Shown in pieces: positions 1 through 10,055 of a stretch of DNA of 48,889 bases. The position numbers and the translations under genes are program-made. The stretch lies in contig JAICSK010000001.1 of the NCBI GenBank assembly GCA_025936915.1, forward strand, positions 1-48,889, read 5' to 3'. The stretch comes from Nocardioides sp. GTDB taxonomy: Bacteria; Actinomycetota; Actinomycetes; Propionibacteriales; Nocardioidaceae. A model generated the notes under the pieces. The model did not search any database, was not told the origin of the DNA, and saw nothing but the letters and a program-made list of their open reading frames with translations. Positions within the stretch are counted from its first letter, which is position 1. The number at the start of each line of letters is the position of its first letter.

Positions 1-2
1 AC

Positions 3-428
3 GTGATCCTGATCGACGCCTACCGGCAGCCCTACATCCCCTTCTACCTCACCACCCGGGAGTTCTTCGCGCTCGCCCGTGAGCGGCTCGAGCCGGGTGG
101 CGTGGTCGTCGTCAACGTCGCCCAACCGCAGGGATCCACGGGACTGGAGAAGGCGCTGAGCGCGACGATGCGCTCGGTGTTCGGCGACGACTCGGTCTGG
201 CGCGACGCCGCCGAACCGGTCAACACCATGGTTGTGGGGACCACCGACGGCGACCCCGCCGCGCGGATCCGCGCGGCCGTGCCCAGCCTCCCGGCCGATC
301 TCGCGTCCGTCGCGACCACCGCGGCCGACCGGCTCGGGCCGGCGCTGACCGGCGGTGAGGTCTTCACCGACGACCGCGCGCCGGTCGAGTGGTTGGTCGA
401 CCTGAGCCTGGCCGAACAGGCGCGCTGA
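3..428 (+). CDS. C-terminal fragment of a spermidine-synthase-like SAM-dependent methyltransferase (fused MFS/spermidine synthase type), truncated by window edge
   Basis: VILIDAY...FYLTTREFF...LEPGGVVVVN and terminal TDDRAPVE motifs typical of this family; the ORF is open at the 5' edge. Confidence 0.7.
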   Translation: MILIDAYRQPYIPFYLTTREFFALARERLEPGGVVVVNVAQPQGSTGLEKALSATMRSVFGDDSVWRDAAEPVNTMVVGTTDGDPAARIRAAVPSLPADLASVATTAADRLGPALTGGEVFTDDRAPVEWLVDLSLAEQAR

Positions 429-513
429 CCCGGCAGAAGAGGCACGCCGGAGAGCGCCGACCCGGCAGAAGAGGCACGCCGGAGAGCGCTGACCCGGCAG
501 AAGGGCACGCCGG
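422..513. repeat. Tandem repeat, about 3 x 32 bp (GCGC(T/C)GACCCGGCAGAAGAGGCACGCCGGAGA)
   Basis: Copies at 422-453, 454-485 and a partial copy with a 1-nt deletion at 486-513; no spacers between copies; overlaps the stop codon of the upstream gene. Confidence 0.9.
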
Positions 514-632
514 TTCGGTGAGCCCGTCGTTCAGGGACGACGCCTCCGGTACGACGGCAGGCGGAGCCGGCGCCGTGGTTCACGTCGTACGTCCGACCCG
601 ATCCCGTCGCGCGACAAACCGGACCGACGACG

Positions 633-665
633 ACGGAGCCCGCCACCTGAGGTGACGGGCTCCGT
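633..665 (-). terminator. Hairpin terminator downstream of the betaine operon
   Basis: On the minus strand ACGGAGCCCGTCACC-TCA-GGTGGCGGGCTCCGT gives a 15-bp stem with one G-U pair, about 30 nt after the binding-protein stop. Confidence 0.75.
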
Positions 666-696
666 GAGGTGTCACGCGCGGTGACGGCTCAGGGGA

Positions 697-1665
697 TCAG
701 GTCCCCTGCAGCCACTGGTTCACCAGGTCCTGGTTGGCGGCGATCCACTTGTCGGCCGCAGCCGGGCCGGCCATGCCGTCCTTGGCGATGTACTCGGCCA
801 CGGTGTTCTGGTCGTCGTTGGTCCACTGGAAGTTCTTGATCAGCGTGACCGCCGGCGACCCCGAGTTGGCGAACTTGGTCGAGATCAGCTTGTTCAGGTG
901 GTACGGCGGGTAGTCGCAGGCCACCTTGGCCGGGTCGGAGTCACAGCCCGGTGTGTACTTCGGCAGGTTGACCTTCACCAGCTTCTCCTCGGAGAAGAAC
1001 CACTGCGGCTCGTAGAAGTAGGCGAGCAGCCACGTGTGGTTCTTCTCGGCCGACCGGAAGCTCTGGATCAGCGCGGCCTCGGACCCGCCGACCACGACCT
1101 TGTAGTTCAGGTGCAGGTTGGTGACCAGCGCCTGGTCGTTGGTGACGTACGACGGGTCGCCGTCGAGCAGCTGACCCTTGCCACCGGACTCCGAGGTCTT
1201 GAAGTCGCTGGCGTACTTGTTCAGGTTCTTCCAGTTGGTGATGTCGGGGTGGGCCTTGGCGATCCACGGCGGGACGTACCAGCCGATGATGCCCTGGTTG
1301 CCGGTCATCCCGGCGTCCTCGACGACGTGCTGCTGGGTGATGTACTTCTTCACCAGGTCGTCGTGGCCCCAGTTCTCGAGGATGGTGTCGACGGTCCCGT
1401 TGGCCATCGCGCTCCAGCTGGGCTCCTCGGCGAGCTTGACGTACTTGACGTTGCAGCCGAGCTTGGTCTTGGCCAGCTCGCCCACGACGTAGGCGTCGGC
1501 GTAGTACCCGGTCCACGCGTTCATGGCGATGTTGAGATCGCCACAGGTCTTGCCACTGCCCGTCGTGGTCTTGGAGATGTTGCCACCGCCACAGGCACTC
1601 AGGCCGAGTGCCAAGGCGGCTGCGAAACTGATCCAGCCAGGCAGCCGGAGTTGTCGTCGTGCCAT
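697..1665 (-). CDS. Glycine betaine/choline ABC transporter substrate-binding lipoprotein (ProX/OpuAC family)
   Basis: Lipobox LSAC; motifs NAWTG, ILENW, GIIGWYVP, YFYEPQW, FQWTNDDQN; start MARRQL at 1665 with a purine-rich RBS. Confidence 0.88.
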   Translation of the reverse strand: MARRQLRLPGWISFAAALALGLSACGGGNISKTTTGSGKTCGDLNIAMNAWTGYYADAYVVGELAKTKLGCNVKYVKLAEEPSWSAMANGTVDTILENWGHDDLVKKYITQQHVVEDAGMTGNQGIIGWYVPPWIAKAHPDITNWKNLNKYASDFKTSESGGKGQLLDGDPSYVTNDQALVTNLHLNYKVVVGGSEAALIQSFRSAEKNHTWLLAYFYEPQWFFSEEKLVKVNLPKYTPGCDSDPAKVACDYPPYHLNKLISTKFANSGSPAVTLIKNFQWTNDDQNTVAEYIAKDGMAGPAAADKWIAANQDLVNQWLQGT

Positions 1666-1723
1666 GGGTCCTTCTTCCTTGTTTGCTCCCGCCGGCGGCG
1701 GGACGTCAGTGGGTGGTGGGCGG

Positions 1724-3826
1724 TCAGGTCCGCCCTCGGTTGGCGGCGGCCCGAGCCGTCCGGTCGAGCATGATGCCGAGCGCCGTGACCGCGATGCCGG
1801 CGTTGATGCCCTTGCCGAGCAGGTTGTCCTGCGAGAAGCCCGAGATCGCGAGGTATCCGAGGCTTTGCGCGCCGACCATGCCACCGATCACGACCATCGA
1901 CAGCACGTAGAGCAGGCCCTGGTTGGCGGCCAGCGCGATCGAGGAGCGGGCCATCGGCAGCTGGACCTTGAGGATCATCTGCCAGCTGGTGAGGCCCTGC
2001 GACCGAGCGGCCTCGATGGTCGTCGCCGAGACACCGCGGATGCCGTCGGCGACCAGCTTCACCGCGATCGGCGCGGCGTACAGCGTCGCCGCCACGATCG
2101 CGGTGAAGCGCGAGGACGAGAACAGCGCGAGGGCCGGGATCAGGTAGACGAACGACGGGAACGTCTGGAGGGCGTCCAGGATCGGTCGGATGACCAGATC
2201 GGCGGTGCGGCTGCGCCCGATCCAGACGCCCACGATGAGCGCGATGATCATCACCAGGACGGTGGCGACGATGGTCATCGTCAGCGTGGTCATGGAGTCG
2301 TTCCAGAGCCCCACGCCGAGGATGACGCCCTCGCACACCAGCGTGGTCAGGAACGGCTTGAGACCGCCGACCACCCACGAGATCGCCAGCAGCACCGGGG
2401 CCGTCAGCCACCACGGGGTACTGGCCAGCAGGCTCTGCAGGGGGTTGAGGAATCCGTAGCTGATCGCGTTCTTGACGCCGGCGGTGAACGTGTCGACGTG
2501 GTTGACGATCGTGTTGGTGAGGGAGTTGATCCCGTTGGACAGGTGCCCGCCGACGTTCCACGCCGAGGGGAACTGGGCCAGGTCGAGGTAGCTGTGCGAC
2601 AGGTAGACGCAGACCAGGACCGGGACCAGGGTCACGAGGAGCACGATCCGGCGCATCAGCGGTGAGGGGCGACGTCGGGGAGCGCGGACGTCCTGGCTGG
2701 CCCACCGGGGGAGACGCTCGAGCACGACGCTGACCAGCATCACGCCCGGGCTCGACACGGAGCCGAGGGAGCCCTGGCTGCGCTCGCGACGCTCGCTCGC
2801 CGCGGTGGTCGTGCGGTCGAGCACGATCGCGATCACCACGATCAGGAGGCCGGCGACGGCGCCGTCACCGACGTTGAGGTTGGCCAGGGCGTAGATGACG
2901 TCCCCGCCGAGCCCGGGACCGTTGATCAGTCCGGCGATCACGGCCATCGAGAGCGCGGCCAGGGTGCACTGGTTGACGCCGACGATGATGGTGCGGCGTG
3001 CCATCGGCAGCTGCACCTTGCGGAGCAGCTGGCTGCGGGTGACCCCCATCGAGCCGGCCGCCTCGACCGTGGTCGCGGAGACGGACTTCAGGCCGTGCTC
3101 GGTGATCCTGACCAGCGGCGGGATCGAGTAGATGACCGTCAGCACCAGCGCACAGGTCGCGCCCGGGCCGAAGATCGTGACGACGATGGGGATGTAGGCC
3201 AGCGACGGCATCGTCTGCATCACGTCGAGCACCGGCGTGAGCGCCGCGGACACCCACGGCCGGCGGGCCATCGCGATGCCCATCGGGATGCCGATCACGA
3301 TGCTCACGACCACCGCGAGGATGGTGATGATGACCGTGTCGACGCTGTCCTGCCAGTAGCCGAGGATGCCGAACAGCAGGGTGCCGACCAGCACCAGCCC
3401 GGCCGAGCGCAGCCCGGCGACGGCGTAGGCGATCCAGGTGAAGATCGCGACCACGCCGAGCCAGCCGACCTCGGGCACGGGACGGCCACCCGACGGGGTG
3501 GACAGCCAGCCCTGGAGCTCGCCGATGACGTGGTTGTTGATGAACGTCGAGCCGTTGCCGATGATCCCGTGGAAGAACCAGTTGTGCAGGCCCGCTGCCT
3601 GGATGTTGTCACGGATGTGGTTGAACCACTTGTCGAGCCCGTTGAGCTGGACGAACGGTCGCGCCAGCGTGTCGTGGTTCTTGAAGAAGGCGTAGCCGAC
3701 ACCCCACACCACCGCGATGACGAGAAGATAGAGACCGGTACGGCGGTTGCCGGTGTCGACGACCCGCGGCTGCTCCTCCTTCGACGTGGGTGCCGGCGGA
3801 GCGGGTGTCGCCTCGAGGGTGGTCAC
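1724..3826 (-). CDS. Glycine betaine ABC transporter permease with two fused ProW-type membrane domains
   Basis: Two copies of the LDxxQTxPS..YxxP motif and two EAA loops ([14 protein letters not shown] and [14 protein letters not shown]); 700 aa. Confidence 0.9.
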   Translation of the reverse strand: MTTLEATPAPPAPTSKEEQPRVVDTGNRRTGLYLLVIAVVWGVGYAFFKNHDTLARPFVQLNGLDKWFNHIRDNIQAAGLHNWFFHGIIGNGSTFINNHVIGELQGWLSTPSGGRPVPEVGWLGVVAIFTWIAYAVAGLRSAGLVLVGTLLFGILGYWQDSVDTVIITILAVVVSIVIGIPMGIAMARRPWVSAALTPVLDVMQTMPSLAYIPIVVTIFGPGATCALVLTVIYSIPPLVRITEHGLKSVSATTVEAAGSMGVTRSQLLRKVQLPMARRTIIVGVNQCTLAALSMAVIAGLINGPGLGGDVIYALANLNVGDGAVAGLLIVVIAIVLDRTTTAASERRERSQGSLGSVSSPGVMLVSVVLERLPRWASQDVRAPRRRPSPLMRRIVLLVTLVPVLVCVYLSHSYLDLAQFPSAWNVGGHLSNGINSLTNTIVNHVDTFTAGVKNAISYGFLNPLQSLLASTPWWLTAPVLLAISWVVGGLKPFLTTLVCEGVILGVGLWNDSMTTLTMTIVATVLVMIIALIVGVWIGRSRTADLVIRPILDALQTFPSFVYLIPALALFSSSRFTAIVAATLYAAPIAVKLVADGIRGVSATTIEAARSQGLTSWQMILKVQLPMARSSIALAANQGLLYVLSMVVIGGMVGAQSLGYLAISGFSQDNLLGKGINAGIAVTALGIMLDRTARAAANRGRT

Positions 3827-4908
3827 GACTCCTGCTCCTCCGCGACCACCACACGCAGGATGTCCTCGTCGTCGACCACACCTACGACGCGGTCGCCCTC
3901 GACCACGCGGACCGGACCGTCGGCTGCCAGCACGGCGCGAGCCGCCTCACGCACGATCGTCTCCGACGGCAGCGACGGAGCGCCGTCCGCCTCTCCCGGC
4001 TTGGCCTCGCGCATCACCCACTTCAAGGTGAGCACGTGCGACTTCGGGACGTCGGAGACGAAGTCCTTGACGTAGTCGTCGGCGGGGGCCCCGACGACCT
4101 CGTCGGGCCGTCCCACCTGCACGACCTCGCCGTCGCGCATGATCAGGATCCGGTCGCCCAGCTTGAGCGCTTCGGCCAGGTCGTGGGTGATGAACACCAT
4201 GGTCTTGCCGACCTCGTGGTGCAGGCGGATGACCTCGTTCTGCATGTCGCGCCGGATCAGCGGGTCGAGGGCGGAGAACGGCTCGTCGAAGAGGAGGACG
4301 TCCGGGTCGGAGGCGAGGGCGCGGGCCAGACCCACGCGCTGCTGCATGCCGCCGGAGAGCTGGTCGGGGTAGGAGCGCTCGTAGCCCGAGAGCCCGACCA
4401 GGTCGACCATCTCCTGGGCGCGCCCGCGGCGTTGGGCGCGGTCCTCGCCCCTGACCTCCAGGCCGAAGGCGACGTTCTCGATCACCTGGCGGTGGGGGAG
4501 CAGGCCGAAGTGCTGGAAGACCATGCCGACTCGCTTGCGGCGCAGGTCGCGCAGCGACTTCTCGTCGGCGGAGGTGATGTCGTCGTCGCCGAGACGGACG
4601 GAGCCGGCGGTCGGCTCGATCAGGCGGGTGAGCATCCGGACGAGCGTCGACTTGCCGGAGCCCGACAGGCCCATCACGACGAACACCTCGCCGGGGGCCA
4701 CCTCGAAGGAGACGTCCTTGACGGCCATCACGCAGCCGGTCTTGGTCTGCAGGTCCTTGCGGGTCAGGTCGGCGTCGGGCGTGCCGATGATCTTGTCGGA
4801 ACCCGAACCGAAGATCTTCCAGAGCCCTTCGACCTTGAGCGAGGCCTCGTCCCCCTGCTTGCCGGTCGCAGCGGTGCGGTGCTCGGGCTCGATGGTGGGT
4901 GCGGTCAT
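3823..4908 (-). CDS. Glycine betaine ABC transporter ATP-binding subunit (ProV/OpuAA family)
   Basis: Walker [11 protein letters not shown], signature [14 protein letters not shown], Walker [16 protein letters not shown]; start MTAPT overlaps the betA stop (ATGA). Confidence 0.92.
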   Translation of the reverse strand: MTAPTIEPEHRTAATGKQGDEASLKVEGLWKIFGSGSDKIIGTPDADLTRKDLQTKTGCVMAVKDVSFEVAPGEVFVVMGLSGSGKSTLVRMLTRLIEPTAGSVRLGDDDITSADEKSLRDLRRKRVGMVFQHFGLLPHRQVIENVAFGLEVRGEDRAQRRGRAQEMVDLVGLSGYERSYPDQLSGGMQQRVGLARALASDPDVLLFDEPFSALDPLIRRDMQNEVIRLHHEVGKTMVFITHDLAEALKLGDRILIMRDGEVVQVGRPDEVVGAPADDYVKDFVSDVPKSHVLTLKWVMREAKPGEADGAPSLPSETIVREAARAVLAADGPVRVVEGDRVVGVVDDEDILRVVVAEEQES

Positions 4909-6644
4909 CGGGTGACCTCCTTGTCGGCGGGCTGGTCGACGGGCTTGTCGTTGCGTGGGTCGCCGGGTGGATAGAGGGGGGTGCCGTCGCGGTAGCGGTA
5001 GTACGCCACGTCGGCTGCCGGTAGCGGGGTGTTGCCGGCGATGAGATCGGCCGACTTCTCGGCGACCATCATCACCGGCGCGTAGATGTTGCCATTGGTG
5101 ACGTAGGGGAAGACCGAGGCATCGACCACTCGCAGTCCGTCGAGACCGTGGACCCCCATCGTGTCGGGGTCGACGACCGCGTCGTCGCCGGTGCCCATCT
5201 TGGCCGTGCACGACGGGTGCAGCGCGGTCTCGGCGTCGCGGGCGACCCAGTCGAGGATCTCCTGGTCGGTCTCGACCGTGGGCCCCGGAGAGATCTCCCC
5301 CTTGTTGTACGCCGCCAGCCCGGGCTGGTTGAGGATGTGTCGCGCCACCCGGATCGCCTCGACCCACTCCTTGCGGTCGGTCGGCGTCGACAGGTAGTTG
5401 AACAGCATCGACGGGTGCTCGCGAGGGTCGGTCGAGCGGATCTTGATGTGGCCGCGGGTGTCGGCGTACATCGGGCCGATGTGCACCTGGTAGCCGTGGC
5501 CCTCGGCGGGCACGCTGCCGTCGTACCTGATCGCGACCGGCAGGAAGTGGAACATCAGGTTGGGGTAGTCGACCTCGTCGTTGCTCCGCACGAAGCCGCC
5601 ACCCTCGAAGTGGTTGGTGGCGCCGAGACCTCGCCGGTGGAACAGCCACTGGTAGCCGATGCCGGGACGGCGCCGCCACTTCAGACCGGGGGCGATCGAG
5701 ACGGGTTGCTTGGAGGCGTGCTGCACGTAGACCTCGAGGTGGTCCTGCAGGTTCTGCCCCACCCCCGGGACGTCGGCGACCACCGGGATACCGAGCTTGC
5801 CGAGGTCGTCGGCGTTGCCGACGCCCGAGAGCTGGAGGAGCTGGGGCGTGTTGATCGCGCCGCCGCAGAGGATCACCTCGCCCGCCTCCGCCGTACGACG
5901 CAACCGGCCGCCGCGCAGGTAGTCGACCCCGACCGCCCGCTTGCCCTCGAACCGGACGCCGGTGACGAAGGCCAGGGTCTCGACCTTCAGGTTCTTCCGG
6001 CCCATCACCGGGTGGAGGTAGGCGCGGGCCGCGGAGAGCCGGCGGCCGCGGTGGACGTTGCGGTCGAACCGCGCGAAACCCTCCTGCCGGTAGCCGTTGA
6101 CGTCGTCGGTGAGCGGGTAGCCCGCGTCCTGCGCGGCCTGGAAGAACGCGCCGAACAGCGGGTTGGTGGCGGGGCCGCGCTCGAGCACGAGGGGTCCGTC
6201 ACCGCCGCGCCACTCGTCGGCGCCGTTGCTGCCGTCGGGGAGGAGCAGCGTCTCCATCCGCTTGAAGTAGGGCAGGCAGTGGGCGTAGTCCCACTCCTTC
6301 ATCCCCGGGTCGGCCGCCCAGCGCTGGTAGTCCAGGGGGTTGCCGCGCTGGAAGATCATCCCGTTGATGCTGCTCGAGCCGCCCAGCACCTTCCCGCGCG
6401 CGTGGTAGATGCGCCGGCCGTTCATGTGGGGCTCGGGGTCGGACTCGTACTTCCAGTCGTAGAGCCGGTTCCCGATCGGGATCGTGAGTGCGGCCGGCAT
6501 GTGGATGAACGGGTCCACCCGGAAGTCCGAGCGGCCCGCCTCGAGCAGCAGCACCCGGGTCGAGGGGTCGGCGGAGAGCCGGTTGGCCAGCGCGCAGCCG
6601 GCCGACCCGCCGCCGACGATCACCACGTCGTACCGGTCGCTCAT
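4905..6644 (-). CDS. betA: Choline dehydrogenase (GMC oxidoreductase)
   Basis: GGGSAG FAD motif, [44 protein letters not shown]; adjacent to betB and the betaine ABC transporter. Confidence 0.9.
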   Translation of the reverse strand: MSDRYDVVIVGGGSAGCALANRLSADPSTRVLLLEAGRSDFRVDPFIHMPAALTIPIGNRLYDWKYESDPEPHMNGRRIYHARGKVLGGSSSINGMIFQRGNPLDYQRWAADPGMKEWDYAHCLPYFKRMETLLLPDGSNGADEWRGGDGPLVLERGPATNPLFGAFFQAAQDAGYPLTDDVNGYRQEGFARFDRNVHRGRRLSAARAYLHPVMGRKNLKVETLAFVTGVRFEGKRAVGVDYLRGGRLRRTAEAGEVILCGGAINTPQLLQLSGVGNADDLGKLGIPVVADVPGVGQNLQDHLEVYVQHASKQPVSIAPGLKWRRRPGIGYQWLFHRRGLGATNHFEGGGFVRSNDEVDYPNLMFHFLPVAIRYDGSVPAEGHGYQVHIGPMYADTRGHIKIRSTDPREHPSMLFNYLSTPTDRKEWVEAIRVARHILNQPGLAAYNKGEISPGPTVETDQEILDWVARDAETALHPSCTAKMGTGDDAVVDPDTMGVHGLDGLRVVDASVFPYVTNGNIYAPVMMVAEKSADLIAGNTPLPAADVAYYRYRDGTPLYPPGDPRNDKPVDQPADKEVTR

Positions 6645-8119
6645 CGGGCCTCCCCGTCGAACCAGCGCTGCTCGGTGGGGCGGATGTTGTGCCAGACGTG
6701 CTTGGTCTCGCGGTACTCGGCGAGCCCGGCCTCACCGAGCTCGCGGCCGAACCCGGACTGCTTGTACCCGCCCCACTCCGCCTGCGGCACGTAGGGGTGG
6801 TAGTCGTTGATCCAGACCGTGCCCATCCGCATCCTCGCCGCGACCCGCTGGGCCTTGCCGGCGTCCTGGGTCCAGACGGCGCCGGCGAGACCGTAGGTGC
6901 TGTCGTTCGCGATCGCGACGGCCTCGTCCTCCCCGGAGAAGGTCTCGACGGTGAGCACCGGCCCGAACGACTCGTTCTGGGTGACGCTCATGCCGCTCGT
7001 GCACCCGTCGAGGACCGTGGGCAGGAAGTAGAAGCCGTCCGCCAGCGCCGGGTCGTCGGGCGCCGAGCCGCCGCAGCGCAGGACCGCGCCCTCGGCGACG
7101 CCGGCGGCGACGTACGCCGCGACCTTGTCGCGGTGGGTGGCGCTGATCAGGGCGCCGGTCTCGGCCTTGTCGTCGAAGGGTCCGCCGAGCCGGATCATCG
7201 AGGCGCGCTCGACGAGGGCGTCGACGAAGCGGTCGTGCAGGGAGTCCTCGACCAGCAACCGCGCGCCGGCGGAGCACACCTGGCCCGAGTGCAGGAACAC
7301 CGCGGTCAGCGCGTAGTCGAGGGCGACGTCGACGTCGGCATCGGCGAAGACGATGTTCGGGTTCTTGCCGCCGAGCTCGAGGGCGACGCGCTTCACCGTG
7401 GCGGCGGCGGCCGCCATGATCCCGCGTCCGGTCTGGACGCCGCCGGTGAACGAGACCAGGTCGACCCTCGGGTCGCTGGCCAGGGGAGCGCCGGCATCGG
7501 GTCCGGCGCCGAGGACCAGGTTGCCGACGCCGGCCGGGAGCCCGGCCTCCTCGAGCAGCCGCAACAGATGGATCGACGTGTGCGGCGTGAGCTCGCTCGG
7601 CTTGAGCACGAACGTGTTGCCGGCGGCCAGACACGGCGCGACCTTCCACGACGCCTGCAGCAGCGGGTAGTTCCACGGGGCGATCAGCCCGCAGACCCCC
7701 ACCGGCTCGTGGACGATCCGGCTGACCACGTCGGGGTTGCCGGTGTCGACCAGGCGCCCCGCGTCCTCGGCGGCCACCCGTCCGTAGTGGCGCAGCACGG
7801 CGACGACGTCCGCCACGTCGTAACGGCTCTCGACCATCCGCTTGCCGGTGTCCTGGGACTCCGCCAGGGCCACGGTCTCGGTGTCGCGCTCGAGCAGGTC
7901 GGCGGTGCGGAGCAGGAGGTCGCCGCGCTCGCGCGCCGAGGTGTGCGGCCACGGGCCGTCGTGGAACGCCCGGTACGCCGCGGCGATCGCGCGCTCGGTG
8001 TCGGCTGCCGTGGCTTCGTCGACCTCGCCCACGAGCGTCCCGTCGGCGGGGCAGCGGATGGCGCGTCGGCCACCGGCCGACGCCTCCGCCCAGACCCCGT
8101 CCACGTACAGCTCAGGCAT
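6641..8119 (-). CDS. betB: Betaine aldehyde dehydrogenase
   Basis: ALDH motifs [42 protein letters not shown]; start MPELY with GGAGG RBS; coupled to betA. Confidence 0.85.
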   Translation of the reverse strand: MPELYVDGVWAEASAGGRRAIRCPADGTLVGEVDEATAADTERAIAAAYRAFHDGPWPHTSARERGDLLLRTADLLERDTETVALAESQDTGKRMVESRYDVADVVAVLRHYGRVAAEDAGRLVDTGNPDVVSRIVHEPVGVCGLIAPWNYPLLQASWKVAPCLAAGNTFVLKPSELTPHTSIHLLRLLEEAGLPAGVGNLVLGAGPDAGAPLASDPRVDLVSFTGGVQTGRGIMAAAAATVKRVALELGGKNPNIVFADADVDVALDYALTAVFLHSGQVCSAGARLLVEDSLHDRFVDALVERASMIRLGGPFDDKAETGALISATHRDKVAAYVAAGVAEGAVLRCGGSAPDDPALADGFYFLPTVLDGCTSGMSVTQNESFGPVLTVETFSGEDEAVAIANDSTYGLAGAVWTQDAGKAQRVAARMRMGTVWINDYHPYVPQAEWGGYKQSGFGRELGEAGLAEYRETKHVWHNIRPTEQRWFDGEAR

Positions 8120-8152
8120 CGGGCGCGACTTCCCTCCTTGCGACTCCGCTGA

Positions 8153-8188
8153 GTTGCGTTGTCCGCAACGCATTGCTTATGTCGCAAC
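8153..8188. promoter_or_regulatory. Tandem operator pair upstream of betB (candidate IclR1 sites)
   Basis: GTTGCG-TTGTC-CGCAAC (8153-8169, perfect arms) and ATTGCT-TATGT-CGCAAC (8172-8188). Confidence 0.75.
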
Positions 8189-8203
8189 GATCCGTATGAA
8201 CGG

Positions 8204-8231
8204 AGGATAGGTGACCTGTGCCACACGTCAA
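8204..8231 (-). promoter_or_regulatory. Putative housekeeping-sigma promoter of the betB-betA-ABC operon
   Basis: -35 TTGACG (8231-8226), 16-nt spacer, -10 TATCCT (8209-8204); the operators lie just downstream. Confidence 0.55.
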
Positions 8232-8288
8232 GGGTCATGACCAGATTCGCACCGGACCGTGACGTCTTCCAGGGGTGGACGCGACGGC

Positions 8289-9098
8289 TCAGGAACGCCG
8301 TCCCCAGCCGAGGCGGTGCGAGACCTCGAGCGCCGCCGCGACCATCTTCGGCACCTCGTCGGCCAGCCGCTCGTCGTCCAGCCGGAACGTCGGGCCGGAG
8401 ATGCTCATCGACGCGATGATGTCGCCGTGCGCGCTCCGGATCGGCGCGGCCGCGGCGGTGAGGCCGACCTCGAGCTCGTCGACGGCGAGCGCGTAGCCCA
8501 GCCGGCGTACCTCGGCGAGCTCCTCGGTGAACGCCCGCCGCGACGTGATCGTGCGGTCGGTGAACCGGGGGAGGTCGGGCAGCGCCTTGGCGAGGTCGGT
8601 CTCGGAGAGCTCGCTGAGCAGGACCTTGCCGTTGCTCGTGGCGTGCAGTGGGATCCGCTGGCCGACCCAGTTGTGCGACTGCAAGGCCGACGAGCCTGCC
8701 TGCTGGTCGAGGTACAACGCCGAGGTGTCGGAGCGAACGGTGATGTTGACCGTCTCGCCCGTGTCCGCAGCCAGCTGGCGACACACCGGGCGGGCCTCGG
8801 AGACGACATCGAGCCGGGCCGTGGTCGCGCCGGCGAGGCGCAGGTTGCCGACGCCGAGCCGATAGCGGCCTCGGTCGTTGACCTGCTCGACGAGCCGATG
8901 CGCCTCGAGGGTCGCCAGCAGTCGGAACGCCGTGGACTTGTGGACCCCGAGACCCGCCGCGATCTCGGTGACGCTCGACTCGCCGTCGTGGGCGAGCAGC
9001 TCGAGGATGGTCAGGGCGCGGTCGACCGACTGCACCGGCGCCGTCGCGCCGTTCGGGCCGTTGCCGGCCGGGAGCTCACCCTCCTCCACCGCGGACAT
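8289..9098 (-). CDS. IclR-family transcriptional regulator (IclR1)
   Basis: VQSVDRALTILE, HTH GVHKSTAFRLLATLE, PLHATSNGK, GYALAVDELEVG, SMSISGP; probably leaderless (TAGCAT 6 nt before ATG). Confidence 0.92.
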   Translation of the reverse strand: MSAVEEGELPAGNGPNGATAPVQSVDRALTILELLAHDGESSVTEIAAGLGVHKSTAFRLLATLEAHRLVEQVNDRGRYRLGVGNLRLAGATTARLDVVSEARPVCRQLAADTGETVNITVRSDTSALYLDQQAGSSALQSHNWVGQRIPLHATSNGKVLLSELSETDLAKALPDLPRFTDRTITSRRAFTEELAEVRRLGYALAVDELEVGLTAAAAPIRSAHGDIIASMSISGPTFRLDDERLADEVPKMVAAALEVSHRLGWGRRS

Positions 9099-9118
9099 GC
9101 GCGCATGCTAGGTCACAA

Positions 9119-9154
9119 GTTGCGCATCGCGCGACCGGACCCGCCACGCGCAAC
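9119..9154. promoter_or_regulatory. Operator plus half-site upstream of iclR1 (probable autoregulation)
   Basis: GTTGCG-CATCG-CGCGAC (9119-9135) and, 19 bp on, a 17-mer ending CGCAAC (9138-9154). Confidence 0.6.
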
Positions 9155-9182
9155 AACTTCGGCTCCGTCCCGATCCGGCCGT

Positions 9183-10055
9183 TCAGCGGAAGACGACGGT
9201 GCGGGTGCCGTTGGACAGGATCCGGGTCTGGGAGTGCCAGCGGACCGCCCGCGAGAGCACCTGCGCCTCGACGTCACGGCCGACCGCCACGAGCTGGTCG
9301 GGACTCAGGGTGTGGTCGACCCGGGCGACGTCCTGCTCGATGATCGGCCCCTCGTCGAGGTCGGCGGTCACGTAGTGGGCCGTCGCGCCGATCAGCTTGA
9401 CGCCGCGCTCGAAGGCCTGGTGGTAGGGCTTGGCCCCCTTGAAGCTCGGCAGGAACGAGTGGTGGATGTTGATCGCCCGGCCGCTGAGCTGCCGGCACAG
9501 GTCGTCGGAAAGGATCTGCATGTAGCGGGCCAGCACGACCACGTGGATCCCGAGGTCCTCGACGAGCCGGATCAGCTCCGCCTCCGCTTCGGCCTTCGTG
9601 TCGGGGGTGACCGGGATGTGCCGGAAGTCGATGCCGTGCGAGCGCACCAGGGGCTCGGCGTCGCGGTGGTTGGAGATCACCAGGGGGACCTCGATGTTCA
9701 GGTCACCGGTCGTCGTGCGGAACAACAGGTCGTTGAGGCAGTGCAGCTGCCTGGAGCACATGATCAGCGTGCGGTACGGCGCGCGCGCGGCCCACAGCTC
9801 GTAGGTCATGCCGAACTGCTCGGCGGTCGGCGCGAAGTCGGTGTGCAGCGTCTGGGCGTCCGTCGCCTCCGCGGTCTCGAACCCGATGCGCATGAAGTAG
9901 CGGCCGCTCACGCGGTCGCCGACCTGTTGGCTCTCGCGGATGTTGCCCCCGCGCTCCATCAGGAACGACGACACGGCGTGCACGATGCCGGGTTGGTCGA
10001 GGCAGGCCAGGGTCAGGACGAAGTCACCCATCGGCTCGACGGTGGATGTCGTCAT
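9183..10055 (-). CDS. purU: Formyltetrahydrofolate deformylase
   Basis: N-terminal ACT domain (CLDQPGIV), HCLNDLL, VLARYMQILS, INIHHSFLPSFKGAKPYHQA, GATAHYVT, LDEGPIIEQ; start overlaps the mttB-family stop (TGATG). Confidence 0.95.
   Translation of the reverse strand: MTTSTVEPMGDFVLTLACLDQPGIVHAVSSFLMERGGNIRESQQVGDRVSGRYFMRIGFETAEATDAQTLHTDFAPTAEQFGMTYELWAARAPYRTLIMCSRQLHCLNDLLFRTTTGDLNIEVPLVISNHRDAEPLVRSHGIDFRHIPVTPDTKAEAEAELIRLVEDLGIHVVVLARYMQILSDDLCRQLSGRAINIHHSFLPSFKGAKPYHQAFERGVKLIGATAHYVTADLDEGPIIEQDVARVDHTLSPDQLVAVGRDVEAQVLSRAVRWHSQTRILSNGTRTVVFR

Noticed and set aside
422-513. Possible CRISPR array (32-bp repeats)
   Set aside because: Units are head-to-tail with no unique spacers, and no cas genes are in the window.
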